Below, one piece after another: positions 1 through 40,849 of a stretch of 64,000 bases of DNA. Within the stretch, counting starts at the first letter, position 1. Every line of letters begins with the position of its first letter. The translations under genes and the position numbers were made by a program. This stretch comes from Callorhinchus milii (taxonomy: Eukaryota). The stretch is taken from NCBI RefSeq assembly GCF_018977255.1, contig NW_024704743.1, positions 75,270,001 through 75,334,000 on the forward strand, given 5' to 3'. Below the pieces are notes generated by a model. The model was given only the letters and a program-made list of their open reading frames with translations. It was not told the origin of the DNA and did not search any database.

Positions 1-300
1 ATTACATCAAGCTCCATTTTATCTTGAACCTTGACAACACCATCTTGGTTTCATCAAAGGTAAAGCTGACCTTAAAACGGAAAATAATCTTATTAGTGAT
101 TAGTTAACAGAAATAAGGCCATTGAAAAAGAGTTGATTGTAAAATGAAGCTCATTGAAGATTATAGGAGGTGTCCACTTGGGATAAGTTTGTCCAGTAGT
201 ATTCCATTCAGCACAGGATACACTGTAGACCTGAAAAACAGCTCCTGGTTTACAGGAAGTCAGTAAGGTATGATGGCACGTGATGTTGACAGAGTGGCAG

Positions 301-28221
<27,921 letters not shown>

Positions 28222-28439
28222 TCAATAAGTCTTCGCTTTTAACAAGGTTTGTTGCTACAGTCCTTATTTAAACAGCCACCAGATGTCTCTCTTGGTTATG
28301 AAAGAATCCATTTTTTGGCCAAGGTTTTAATGCACAATCATAATCTCCTCAAATGCAATTCTGCCATCTTCTGCCAAGCTGCTGCAAAACAAGATTTAGC
28401 TTTTAAAGAAAAAAAATCACATGAAAGTGCTCCATAATT

Positions 28440-29300
28440 ACTGTCAATTGTAAGTGATTGTGTTTTGCAAGCGAACACAGCAACTATTTGCATTACCAAC
28501 ATCCACAAACAACTATGATTAATTTATCTGAAGCATTGTTGGCCAGGACACCGAGAAAATCTATCTGCTTTTCTTGACTGATATTATGGAATCTTTTTAT
28601 GTCCAACTGAACAGACAGTCATGAATTCAGTTTAACGTCTTATCTGAAAAATAGAACCTCCAACAGTGCATCCCTCCAGTACTGTACTAAACTGTTAGCT
28701 TATTATAAGCTTAAGTCCTGATGTAGGACTTGAACGTTTTGACCCAGAGAGGGCTATAAACTAAGTCAAACTGATACCTAAAGAAAACCAGGGAAAAAAT
28801 TATGGTATTCATAGAATAGAAAAATATATTGCATTTCTATCATAATAATAATCATAATCCTTGCATTTGATACAGCGCATTTCATGCCTTGTTGATGTCT
28901 CAAAGTGCTCATTGAATTTACTGTGAAGTTTAATTGCCTACCGCATATTTTGTGGGTGAAAGCAGGAGGCAATTTGCACATATCAGTGTCCCCCAAAACA
29001 GCTATGATTATTTATTATTTGGGAAACTGACTACCAGAACACCAGGAGAAACTCCTCTCTATTTAAAATATGGATCTTTAACTCCTTTCTCTTTCTGCCA
29101 TAGGATCTTTAACATTCACCTGAACAGGCAGATGGGTCTTTGTTTTAATGTTTCATCCAAAGGATGGGTCCACCAACAATACAGCGCGGTGTATTGGAGT
29201 GGCAACCCAGACTGTGAGTTAGTTCAAAGCTCTGACATGAGGCTTGAAACTACAATCTCAATTCTGATTCAGAGGTGACCAACCGAACCAGGCTGACACG
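28440..29300 (-). mobile_element. Two tandem degenerate Deu-type SINEs
   Basis: ggccaggacaccgagaaa and ggatctttaacattcacctgaacaggcagatggg cores. Confidence 0.65.
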
Positions 29301-30628
29301 AGCCGGGGATAATTAAGCAGCACTTTATCAAGTGGATGTAAACTGCAGCTAAAACTTACCACAACAAGTTTGGGATCGACTCTCCCCCCACCGGACTTCT
29401 GGAGAATTTCTCCCTCGATTTTTTCACATTACGGCAGTCATGATTTAAAAAACACTGAACAAGAGAATGGAGGAATTCATGCCTACAAGGTGAAGTGATC
29501 CTTTAATGTTTAAAATAATATTCAAATCTGGTAGCTGGTGAAGAATGAAATTGCCATTCCTAGTGGTAGGATTAAAGTCCATTGTGATCCTCAAGCAAGG
29601 ATTGTGATGATCTTTAATCTATCCTTCCAAGAATGGTATTGGATGTTTCTGATATAGAACCATCTTAGAATTTTAAAGAATTAAATGTGAAAAGACCGCT
29701 CAGCCATCAGGAATTTTGAGTACTTTGTTCAAGTTATTAATAGTCTATAAATTTTGCTGGAAGGAATCTTATCATTCATGCACATTCACTCTGGCACTTT
29801 TTAAAGGGATAGGCAACAACATGTGACAGCAGAGATTAAGATGGGACTTGTTTGTTAAATGTGAGGCAGATATTTTTCTAATATAGTATCAATGTCGAAT
29901 CAAATTGGTTAATATTTAAAATGCAGTTGTTAAGTCTAATACAAAACAATCTTTAAAGCAAAAAAAGCACATTATAATGCTAAAAATATTTCCTCAATTT
30001 TGTTTTGCTTCATCTGTCTCTTCACTGTTTCATTAGCCCCCAGAACATTCACTTCGCTTCAATTAATCCATCTGTATTTTGTTTATGTGAAAGGTATTCT
30101 ATAAACGTAAACTTTTATTACCTTCTTACTCCAACAACATTTCATTATCTTTTATTATTGTAAGTTTTATAATTTAGATATACCCTTAAGAGGTTCAGAA
30201 TTGAGAAAGAATGAGACAAGAGATAATACTGTTTCTTCAGTAATGTAATGAACAGATAATTTTTACATTTATTTCTCATTTGCTTCAGAATTTAAGTTTC
30301 ACTCTGTTCTCAATTTCCTTCTCACAATTTTTTTTGTTCAAAATTCTTCCATCAGTTTTTTATCTCAATATGTTTGCAGGCTTTATTGTTTTCACCGCTC
30401 ATATAGATTTCAAACATTCACATCAATGCAGTCACGAGGCAATTCCAATTGCTGTGGAGCCCACAGGGACAATAAAAACATTCTATCTGAAGGAATGGTT
30501 TGTGCAAATTGCACTCTCAGATTAAACATCAGCTTTTCTGAAGCCAATCTTATAACAAAGAACACTGTTACCAACTATAGATCTGGTCTTCCTTATTTCT
30601 TGAATTGAGTGCAATTTTCATAAACATT

Positions 30629-31100
30629 ACTCGCCTTGCAAGTGAGACACCTGGGTTCAATTCCAGACAGGGCGAAACCTTGGGCAAGTTTCCTTACTCC
30701 ACACAGAGCCTAATAATAATCCCTCCAAAACAAAACAATAATAAATTGGTCATTTTCAACTGATGACTGTTTGTGGGACACTGTGGTGCGCAATTGGCTG
30801 CCGCGTTCGCCCACAAATACACAGTCAATTCACTTTACAGCACTTTGAGAAGTCTAGAAGATGTAAACAGCGCTATATCAAATGCAAGGATTATTATTCT
30901 TAGAAAAGTTTTCAGGTGTGATTTGAAGATGGAAAGATGGAGGGATTGAGATAGACTTTGAAATTCGGGGCATAGTGGCTAAAAGCATGGCTGCCAATGG
31001 TGTAGCAGAGGGGACGAGAGACGTCCAGAAAACCTGCGCCAGTTGAACGAAGGCGGCAGGTAGTGGAATGGAGCGCGCAGAGTGGAGAGGTAGGGAGGTG
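30629..31100. mobile_element. 5'-truncated SINE (+, 30629-30900) followed by an L2 fragment (-)
   Basis: Matches the other SINE and L2 copies in the window. Confidence 0.8.
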
Positions 31101-34100
31101 CCAGTGTGAACTGCTCCATTCAGCAACGGGTGGCTCCAGGATGGAGATGGGTGGAGTCACATTACGATTGATTGACAGCGGACTGCAGCCATTCACAAGC
31201 AGCTGGAGTTGGGCTGTCAATCAGTGAGGGGCAAGAAATGGGGAAGACATGAGAATGGGAGGAGTCAAATCATGATTGATTGACAGCTGGAGCCGCTTGT
31301 GAATGGCTGCCCATCCATTCACAAGCAGCTTCAAGCTGTCAATCACCTCGGAGCCGTCGCTAATTGGTCCCCTTCCCATCCAATGGGAACGTCAATCGCA
31401 AGGAGGCGGCGCCACGCTTGGTGGGACGAGATCATGAAACTTTGGTTAAGACAGACAAAACGGCCGGCCCAGGCGTATCCAGCTTAACCGGCTTCCACTG
31501 TATTATTTTTTATTCGGAAGGGGGCACTTTGGCTCTCAAGTGTAACATGGTATCTAATCCCACGGAGCTCATTATTCTAATTCATTGCTTTTTAACAAAT
31601 CCTTCTAAAGTATTCCTCTCTAAATGCTTATCCAATTCTCTTTGAACATTTCCAATTCTCTTTGAACATTTCAACTTTAATAGCTATTTGTCGTAAAATA
31701 TTTAATGTTCTAATAATTGCCTCCGTGAGAGTTGCTTCTAACTGCTCCCTTATCTCTCCCAGATATAATTGTGAGTTTATGACCCCTCGTTACCAATTGC
31801 ATGCAAATAAGATCACTTCAGTTTTATGATCCTGAATCAATCTAGTGGTAAAAAGTGTGCTGTTGTTTCAAACCAGGCTGAGGTTCAGGCTGAAAGTAAA
31901 AACTTAGTTGCAGAACCTATCTTTTCTGATTTATGAAGTCCAATCTCACTAATAAGAAAACTGTTCAAGGTATCGAGAAAGAACTTTGACAAGACAATCA
32001 ATTGAAAGTGACAATTTGAGATTGGCTGCCATTACAAGTAGATAATTTTTAGTGCACTGAATGGTGAAAATCTTTCACTACTAGAATCACTAGTGCAATT
32101 AAAACAGGTGTTCTTTTTTGTTTGTGGTAATATATATATTTCTGAATAACATGAATAATTTTGTACAAAAGCTTCCAAAATTTCATCTATGTGCATGTAT
32201 ATAGGACAGTTTCTAAATCTATTCCAAACATAATCCCTCCAGGCACATACAGACCACATATTACAGTACACTCAATGTTGTCTTTAAATAGTCACAAGGG
32301 AGATCTGGCTGTTCCAAAGCAATTGTGCAAAACCTCCAATATGTGTCTGATCTCCAATAGTAATCCTATTGTTTTCATTTCAGGTAACAAATCAAAAGGT
32401 TCAATGTATGGTATTTATCCAGTTTGCTACACTGTACCACCAATTATTTTGTAATGCAGAACTGACTGATTCAGCAATGGCTATTTTATTGCAGATTAAA
32501 ATTAAAAACAATGTAAAGTATTCTCAACTATACATAACGCAAGGCTTGATATATATCTAATGCACTGATTAAGGTAATCCCCCTCTTTACGATTAAAGAG
32601 GGATTACAATCTAGGACAAACAGAGGACATACTACAAACTATCTTGCTGCATTGAAAGTAATCAAGTTCAGTAATGCGCCTATTTCCTTCAATGTCACAC
32701 ATTTAATAAATTGGTTCTACATTACGTCCTGTAGTCAGCTCAACAACAACAACAACTTGGATTTATATAGCGCCCTCCACGCCGGACGGCGTCTCAGAGC
32801 GCTTCACAGTAACAGATCCCGGGACCAAGCCAGAGGGAGGGGGAGGAAGGTGACCAAAGGCTCAGCTCAATGTAATCCTTGATTCAGCACTGCAGGCACT
32901 AGAATTACTAATATTGTAATCTGATCTTGTGTTCCAAATACTTTTTTTTAAAAAAAGAAACACAATTTCTGGTAGAGTAGTACTTTTGTAGTACATCACG
33001 AATGGGCTGAAAGAGATGCATTTATTTGTATGTTCCCACTCGTGTCCTCTTGCCTGATAGCTCCCAAACTTCCCATTTCCAAAACTGAATGCACAATACT
33101 GGCAAATCCCCACTTCTTTTTTGGGGGTGGGTGGTGGGAGGAGAAGCACATATCCTTGGGGTTGAACTGGCTCTGAGGTGCTTGGACTTGCTTAGCAGCA
33201 GAAAGCTGGAATTGAGTCCACCTTGCTCTCTCGGTAAACCGGATCCTTAGTCGGGCAGGTCTGCAGTACTCTAATTTCTTCCAGTGTCCTGGTCAACAAT
33301 CCCCCAAATAAAATTGGTCATTCACATCATGGCTGTTTTGTGACACAAAGCTGATGACACACCAGCCAGCCTGGCGCATTGGCAGGTCTTAAGAGGGACA
33401 GGAATTCTTCCCACTCTGCTCCCATTGAATAAATAGCTAAATATGAATTCCTAAAAAAGCCTAATTTATTACCTGCCTATTGAACATGCAATAGCTGAAT
33501 ATAACTAATCAAGTTAAGAACAGAAGAAAGCAAGAATTGTATTCAGCCCACTCCTGCCAAAACTCAAAAACTTTCACCAGGAGGACGTTCTGCTCACACA
33601 CATTAAACACTAAAAATAGTTAAACAGACACTTACGAAAAATTAATAGGATCCCACAATTCAAGCCCAGTCCCAAGCACATAAAACACCATGATGCATTG
33701 TTAATATAATATAATCCTTGCATTTGATATAGCGCTTTTCACGTCTTCTAGACGTCTCAAAGCGCTTCACAGAATATGCTGTAAAGTAAATTGACTGTAT
33801 ATTTGTGGGCGAAACGCGGTAGCCAATTGCGCACAGCAGCGTCCCACAGAAGCCGGTTGTTTTTAAGCAAAGTCCAAGGAATGAGCACTACCACAGACAC
33901 GATGAGCAGGATTGTTAAATGATGAGTTTGTCAAGACTTGCCCCAACCCACAAATGTTGGGATAACTGGTTTATAGCTTTATGCATTTTGAATTAAATAA
34001 CATTTATTATTTTTCACAGCTTGTGGAACTCCTTAATTTTTTTTTACAAGAGCCTCATCTATTTTCTCTCACATTTCCTTAAAAATAACCCATCCTGCCA

Positions 34101-35666
34101 GGTTGCCTTGTAACCAGTCAATGCTTTCCTCTCCTTGCATACACTCAGGATATGTAAATATAAATGTAATATGGAAAGATTCTAGAGTCTTCATTTGCAA
34201 ATTAAAAAATTACTTACACATAGGGTTGAAAAGTGACTTATACTGTATTACTTTTCACAGATTAAGTGTTCCAGAGCTTATCACAAGTCAAACGTTTTTG
34301 GGGGCTGATTATATCCTGAATTTAATATCTCACAGCAAACCAGATTGTATTTTAACTATCACAGCCTCGACATTAGTTTTCAATCTTGATTTGAACAATC
34401 CAAATCTATTTGTCTATACCTTATGTTTAGGCTGTACCTTATAATAATAAAAATAAAGATTATTATAAGATATATTCTAAACATAAATCAAAGGCTCAAA
34501 TATTCTTCTCATGGCTCTAACTTTAAAGTAAAAAAAAGTATAGACAAATAGATTGCGTAACAATGCTGTTACCTAATAAAACTTCCTTTTCTTCTGCTTG
34601 GATTCACATTTCAATACTCCAGTCTTCCCAATTCCCAAAAAACTATAGTGAAAGTTTCCAACCCCCAGCACCAAGCACTTCTAAATCACATTCATACGTA
34701 GAGGATTTTCTGTACAATCCAATAGAAACAGACTGTTTTTGATTTCATCACCATTGACAATCAAATACCTATATCTGTGATTATTATGTTTAGTCTCCAC
34801 AACTGTTAATTAAAAGTAATAATAATATGATCTGTGAACACAAAATACACAATCTATCCACTTTGCAATAGATTTTGTGAAGCAATTTGAGACATCTCAA
34901 CAATTCGATAAGACAGTAAATCAAATGCAAGGATTATTATTACTATTAATTCAGCAAAAAAAATTGAGCAACAAAATACATACACACACACAAAAGACAC
35001 ACACAAATAGAAAAGACCCTGAAGATTTTCAGCCTAGGCAACTACGAAAGTTAACTCTAAAGCTCAAATTTGTGATCGTTTTCTGCAGCAAGACTATAAA
35101 GTACAAACAAACATGGCAAACAAATAAATTACATCATAATGCTGGTTGACTGAATACATCCTTTGTCCTCCCCACACATATCACATTTTAAACTACAAAT
35201 ATATCGATATCTAGTATCAAACTCCGCCACTGTTAAGTGCTCTGTTAAGCACGAGCTTGTGTGAAGGGTGCTATGTAAACACAAGTTGTTGCAGTGCTGA
35301 CATCAAACACTCTTGAGGTCAGCTGCAGTGTGGATTGAGACAGAGACTATATTCTGTTCCCTATATTCTGTGTCTACCATGTGGTTTAATGCTATCCCCA
35401 GAAAAGTAATCCTATACTGGAACAGTGCAAATGTTCTACTTCCCCATATCTGACATCTGAGCGAGAGTTTAATATAATTTAGTTCCAAAATTCTGGATTT
35501 TTAATGCTACTAATTTAGCAGTTCATGCTCATTTTATTTTGACTCATACTACTAGCAAGGGAGAAATATTTAACAGATGACCTTGGTCTGAATTATATAA
35601 ATTCCAGTGGTGTATTTGTCCATTGTGCTGTTGGGTTAAAAGTTATGATATATTGATGATATATAT

Positions 35667-35882
35667 GATGGAACGCGTTGCCTGAAAGGGTGGTGGAGGC
35701 CGATTCGATAACAACTTTTAAAAACGCGGTGGACGGGTATTTGAGGAGGACGTGTTTGCAGGGTTATGGGGAAAGGGCTGGGGAGTGGGATCGACATTGA
35801 TTGCTCTTTTCAAAGAGCTGGCACAGACTCGATGGGCAGAATGGCCTCTTTTTGTGCTGCACGATTCTATGATTCTATGATT
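35667..35882 (+). mobile_element. CR1 LINE 3' end
   Basis: WNALPERVVEADSITTFK peptide, 3'UTR and (ATTCTATG)n tail. Confidence 0.88.
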
Positions 35883-37365
35883 AGTTTCAATCAAAATATG
35901 CTCACAATAAATGATATAAACATACACACACACACACACACATATATATAGGGTACAAAAGAATGAAATAATGATGAATTATAACATTTAACTTGCTGGG
36001 AAACACAGTATTACCGATCAATAAATTAGCAGCCATGAGTCATGAGGCTGGATCACAATAAATCACCCCCAATAGTCACTCCGAACCATTCCTCTCCTGA
36101 CTGTCAGACTTCATAAAACAACAACCTGCATTTATACAGCGACCAATGGCACAGGATAGCGTCCCAGAGCGCCTACGATAGACGCTTCAGGACCTTTCGA
36201 AAAACATCAGCAACTGACACACAACGTACTGCTGGACATTCCTCTCCGCCCCCTGTACAACACCGCTGAGTGTCACCGACAGAAGCCAAACAAGATCAGA
36301 CTTTTTTTTCCCCAGTCGGGAATGAAATGGAAGCCCATCGCAGGGTGTCCGCCGGTCGGTCAACCGTGGATCTTACCGTCAAATGCTTTGGGAGGAGGAG
36401 GAGGAGGAGGAGGAGGTGAGGGAAAACTACCGGAAGAATTGCCAGAAGCTCCCAAACCTGCCAGAGGCAGCTTTACTGAAGCCGAGCATCGGGACATGGT
36501 ACTGAGCAGACAGCTCAGTCCCTGAGCTGATCACACAGGTAACCTCCACTCACTCACTCACTCACTGACTGACTGACAAATGGCCTCTCCTCCCAGGTGT
36601 CAGGCCGACTGGCACATCCCCTCTCTGTCAGGATGTCCAACACACGCCACTCTCTCGAGTGTGGCCTTCCCCACCCCCCAACCCCCGGGGTTAAACCCGC
36701 CGCTGTCTCTCTCTCCCCTCCCTCCCTCCCTCCCCGTCGCCCGCAACGGACCGAAGTCGTTGCTGGGGATGTTCCCTCGGCCGCCGGTCGGCAGTGCTCA
36801 CCTTCATGCCGGGGCGATGGGGTGCCCTCTGTGTGTGTGTGTGCGTGTGTGTTTTTTTTTGGGGGGGGGGGAGGCCGGGAAGGGTCGCGGTGCGGCCGCT
36901 CTGTTTATGTTCACACTCCGCTCCCTCCGTCGCTCCGCCGCTTTCTCCTTGGTAACCGAACACACTGAGCCGCACTGCGCAGACTCACAACCTTCTCCCC
37001 TTTCCTCCGTCACACTGCGCAGGCTCACCTCACGCCACCACGCTGCTGTCCCCAGCCCCGCCTCTCCTTGGGCACACCTGCGCAGGCTCAGTCCCCCAGA
37101 GAGCCGTCGCGGGCCGACACACAGCCGCTTGTCCAGGTCCGGTCCTACTGCGCAGACTCATCGGTGTGAAGGGCTTCAATCCTCCCGCCGCACTGCGCTT
37201 CTCGAGCACTTTAACGGTGGATTTGTTTCCCCCCATTCTTCCCCAACACCCGCCCCGCTTGACGCACCTGCGCAGTCTCCTCGCCGCACCGCTCAGACGA
37301 GGCGCTTTCCCTCCGTCCTGTGGCGCAGCTCGGACGTGTGCACGACCCTCTCCTGAAGCCAAGCG

Positions 37366-37377
37366 GCCGCCATCTTG
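37366..37377 (-). promoter_or_regulatory. YY1 motif
   Basis: GCCGCCATCTTG, i.e. CAAGATGGCGGC on the minus strand, the full consensus. Confidence 0.65.
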
Positions 37378-37403
37378 GTAAAGGTCAGCTGTCGGCGCTT
37401 TTG

Positions 37404-37418
37404 GTAACCGCTAGCAAC
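37404..37418. promoter_or_regulatory. RFX X-box
   Basis: GTAACC GCT AGCAAC fits GTNRCC(N0-3)RGYAAC; expected for a ciliary gene. Confidence 0.7.
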
Positions 37419-39054
37419 AGAGGGCGGCCTGCGGCAGCAGCAAAGATTGCAGAAATATGCCTAAAGCTATATGTATTAAAAAAAAACTAAAACCGGCTCT
37501 GGTCTGCGCCACGTCCCCCGACCCACCCGCCCCATCATTGGCGGGAGAGCCTTCAGCCACTCTGCCCCCAACCTCTGGAATTCCATCCCCCAATCACTCC
37601 GCCTCGCCCCCTCCTTAGCCTCCTTCAAGTCCCGCCTCAAGACCCTCCTCTTCGACCATGCCATCAGTGCCACCGCAGCATTCCAGCTCACTTCGTAAAA
37701 TACATGAGAGAATTGTCACCATTTTCCTATCTGCAGCTTGGGCACACATCCCTTCCCTGGAGTTTAAGCAGCAGCTACTTGCCTCACTGCAGGCCAATCG
37801 AGGTAGATTCCAGGTGTTGGATGTACGAATGTGTGTTTCCGAACTCAGACGCCAGGTAACGCCTTCCAGAAGCTGTTGCCCAAGCCTCAGACTTTCCTCA
37901 TCAGCTCTCTAGCGGGTATCTGCCTTCAGTGTGGTGAGAGGACCTTTACAGGACAGCCACCTTGATGTTCTCAAGGTCTAGCTCTAATGACAAGTACCAG
38001 GTTTTACTCAACACCAACCGCTTAATTCAGGTCCTGACGTGAGGAACCTTGGCAAAAAGATATGCTCACTGTAAGCTAATTCTGCCTCCAGGGCGCTCAG
38101 CAACAGTGTAGGAACCCCTACAATCAATTCCCTTTTTCGATATCACTACTTGGTCTTGGACGTCGCAAATGGGATAAAGGAAACCTTTGAACATTGGAAC
38201 TTATTAAAACGGGAACAGGGGGAGTTATTCAGCCCATCTAGCTTTCCATATTGATAGATATATGAATAGTAATCATAATCCTTGCATTTAAAATAGAACC
38301 TTTCATGTTAGGAAGATGTCTCAAAGCATTTCACTTATATTGCAAAGCGTCGGGACAATGTACATTGTAGATATGGAAGAGATATAAAGGGATATAGTGA
38401 ATGGCAAGGCATTGGATTAAAAAGATCTGACTAGATCGAATAAACTGGTGGAAAGCCTAGATGGGCTGAATAACATCCTTTTCCTGTTTTCCTATGTTCT
38501 AATGATTACTGTTCAAAATTCTAATTTCCATATTACAATAAGGACATTTGACATTGAAGAGATTCCAGTAGTGAAGTTCTGTAACCTCTTCAATGTCCTT
38601 ACTGAGGTCATTTTAAAAAANTTAGGCACCTAATCATCGAAATAAAATTGTTCATTCACTTCATGGGACATTGCTGTTTTGTGTTTGCCTAAAACTACAC
38701 TTTACAGTAAATCCTATGAAGTTCTTTGAGATGTTTTAACCCACCTGATAAGGCATTATATGGAATGTCTTTAGAGCCTTTCATGGATCAAAATAATGCA
38801 GGTGTTTTGCAATAAATGCTCCTCTAGGTGGTGCTGGAAGCATTTTTACTTCAAGTTTACAAAGAATGTAAAGCACAGAAATGAGCCACTCGACCCAACC
38901 AGTGTTTATACTCTACACAAGTGTCCACTCATTCCTTACTCACTCCCACACCTTTCTATTCACCTCTCCCTCATATGGAGGTTTAGCTTCCCTTGAATGC
39001 ATCTATACTATCTGATTCAACCACTATTTCAGGCAGCAAATCCACAATCTCACT

Positions 39055-39725
39055 ACAACAACAACTTGCACTTATATAGCGCCCTCCACGCAGGGTAGTG
39101 GCAGAACCTGACACCGGGCGGGGGGGGGGGGGGGAGCGCGGGAGGTGACTGTAAGCACAGTTGAAAAGGAAGGTTTTCTGGCAGGACTTGTAAAAGGTAA
39201 GAGGGGGCAAGGTGGAGGGATTGAGGCAGAGTGTTCCAGAGTTTCTGAAAGTGCGACCTCCAATAGTGGTGCGGAGCGTGTGAGGGACTAGCAGGAGGCC
39301 GTTCGTTGCCAGTCGAGCGGAGGCGAGTGGTGGATTGGGGAGTGAGGAGGTCGGAGAGGTAGGGAGGTGCCAGGGAGTGCAGGAAGTTTACACTCATCCA
39401 GGCCTTGATGAATGCTAGACAAACTGATAGAACATTGGCAGACCTGGAGTTGGTACTGGAGGAGGCAAAGTAGATTTGTGTGTCATCCACATACATGTGG
39501 AAGTTCACCCCGTGTCTGTGAATGACATCACCCAGAGGGAGTATATAGATTAAGAAAAGAAGAGGGCCAAGGATGGAGCCCTGGGTTACCCACAGGTGAC
39601 CGGCAGGGGCAAGAGGAGAAACCATTTGCCGAGATGAAGTGGAGGCGGTTGGTTAAATAGGACTCGAACCATGCGAGTGCATTCCTACTAAGGTGGATGA
39701 GCGAGGAGAGGCGGTGGAGGAGGCA
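39055..39725 (-). mobile_element. L2 LINE fragment with internal deletion
   Basis: VTQGSILGPLLFLIY and FHMYVDDTQIY RT motifs; (TTG)n tail. Confidence 0.88.
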
Positions 39726-39769
39726 TTACTCTCTGCGTGAAGTAGTCTTCCTAAATTGTTTTTTTGATC

Positions 39770-40350
39770 CCTTTGTCGCTATCTTATATTTGTGTCCCGC
39801 AGTTACAGACTCCCCAACCAGTGGAAACAGCCAATTTAAGTTGACCTTATCGAACCCTTTTATATTTTTAAAGAATACTATTAGGTATTACCTTTAAATG
39901 TCTTTTCTCCAGCGAAAAAAGACACAACCTATCCAGTCTCTCCTGATTGCAATAACCTGGCAGCCTTGTCTCATCCTCGTAAAACTATGCTGTACTCTTT
40001 CCTTCGCTCCTATAGTGTGGAGACCAGAATTGGGCACAATACTCCAAATTTGGTCTGATCAAGGTTTTGTACAAATTCAACATCATCTCCTCACTTTTAT
40101 ATTCTATTCTATGCCTCTGGATATAAAGCCCAAGATCCCACTGGCTTTTTAGAGATTTGTGGATCTGAATCCCCAAATTTCTTTGCTCCTCCACTCCTCT
40201 AAGGTTCCTACCACCTAGCCCAGGGCTGGTCAACTTGCGGGCTGCATGCGGGCTGCATTAACTATGAATAAAATAGTCACGCTGCCCACAGGCTGCAAGT
40301 TGGCCATACCTGATCTAGACTATAGATGGCTTCTTTATTTTTCCTGCCAA
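39770..40350 (-). mobile_element. CR1 LINE fragment
   Basis: LNLYKTLIRPNLEYCAQFWSPHY is a CR1 ORF2 signature. Confidence 0.88.
40221..40312. mobile_element. hAT (Charlie-like) MITE, 92 bp, inserted in CR1
   Basis: TIRs CAGGGCTGGTCAACTTGC and GCAAGTTGGCCATACCTG; 8-bp TSD-like flanks ACCTAGCC and ATCTAGAC (NTCTAGAN type). Confidence 0.8.
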
Positions 40351-40849
40351 AGTGAATTACCTGCTTACTCCGCAATCCACTATCCGTTGTGTCTGCACCG
40401 TCGGTGGCCACGCTTTCAGTCACTGTGCCCTGAAACTCTGGAACACTCCCTCAATCCCTCTGCCTTGCCTCCTCCTTCCCCATCTTCAGGTCGCACCTGA
40501 AGACTTCCTCTTCGACTGTGCTTACTATCACCTCCCTCGGGCTCATTGTTGTGCTCCGTCACTGTCAAGCGCTCTGGGCAGCTACCCTGTGTGATGGGCG
40601 CTATATAAATGCAAATTATTGTTGTTACTTCACATTTTTCTACATTAAATTTAATTTGCCATCGATCCGATCATTCTGCTAGCCTGTTTATGTCAAGTTG
40701 CAAACGTGTGGCACTAAAGTTGTACAACCGATTCATCCTGTTGGTACAATTCTGTTATGGCATGATATATAATAAATATATTGTTCATTTTGAACTGCAC
40801 ATGATATATTAATAAGAAAGTTAGTCAGGTTCGTCCCCCAATTATCCTT

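Larger units (their letters stand above)
36320..37440. promoter_or_regulatory. CpG island, likely MAK promoter and non-coding first exon(s)
   Basis: Main non-repeat GC/CpG-rich block, about 8-9 kb upstream of the ATG. Minus-strand donors AG|GTGAGC with GT at 37028-37027 and 36801-36800. Confidence 0.8.

Noticed and set aside
36580..37362. 258-aa and overlapping ORFs in the CpG island
   Set aside because: Stop-poor GC-rich sequence running through microsatellites; no recognisable domain.
38621..38621. Single N bases (also 49937)
   Set aside because: Assembly ambiguities after poly-A runs.
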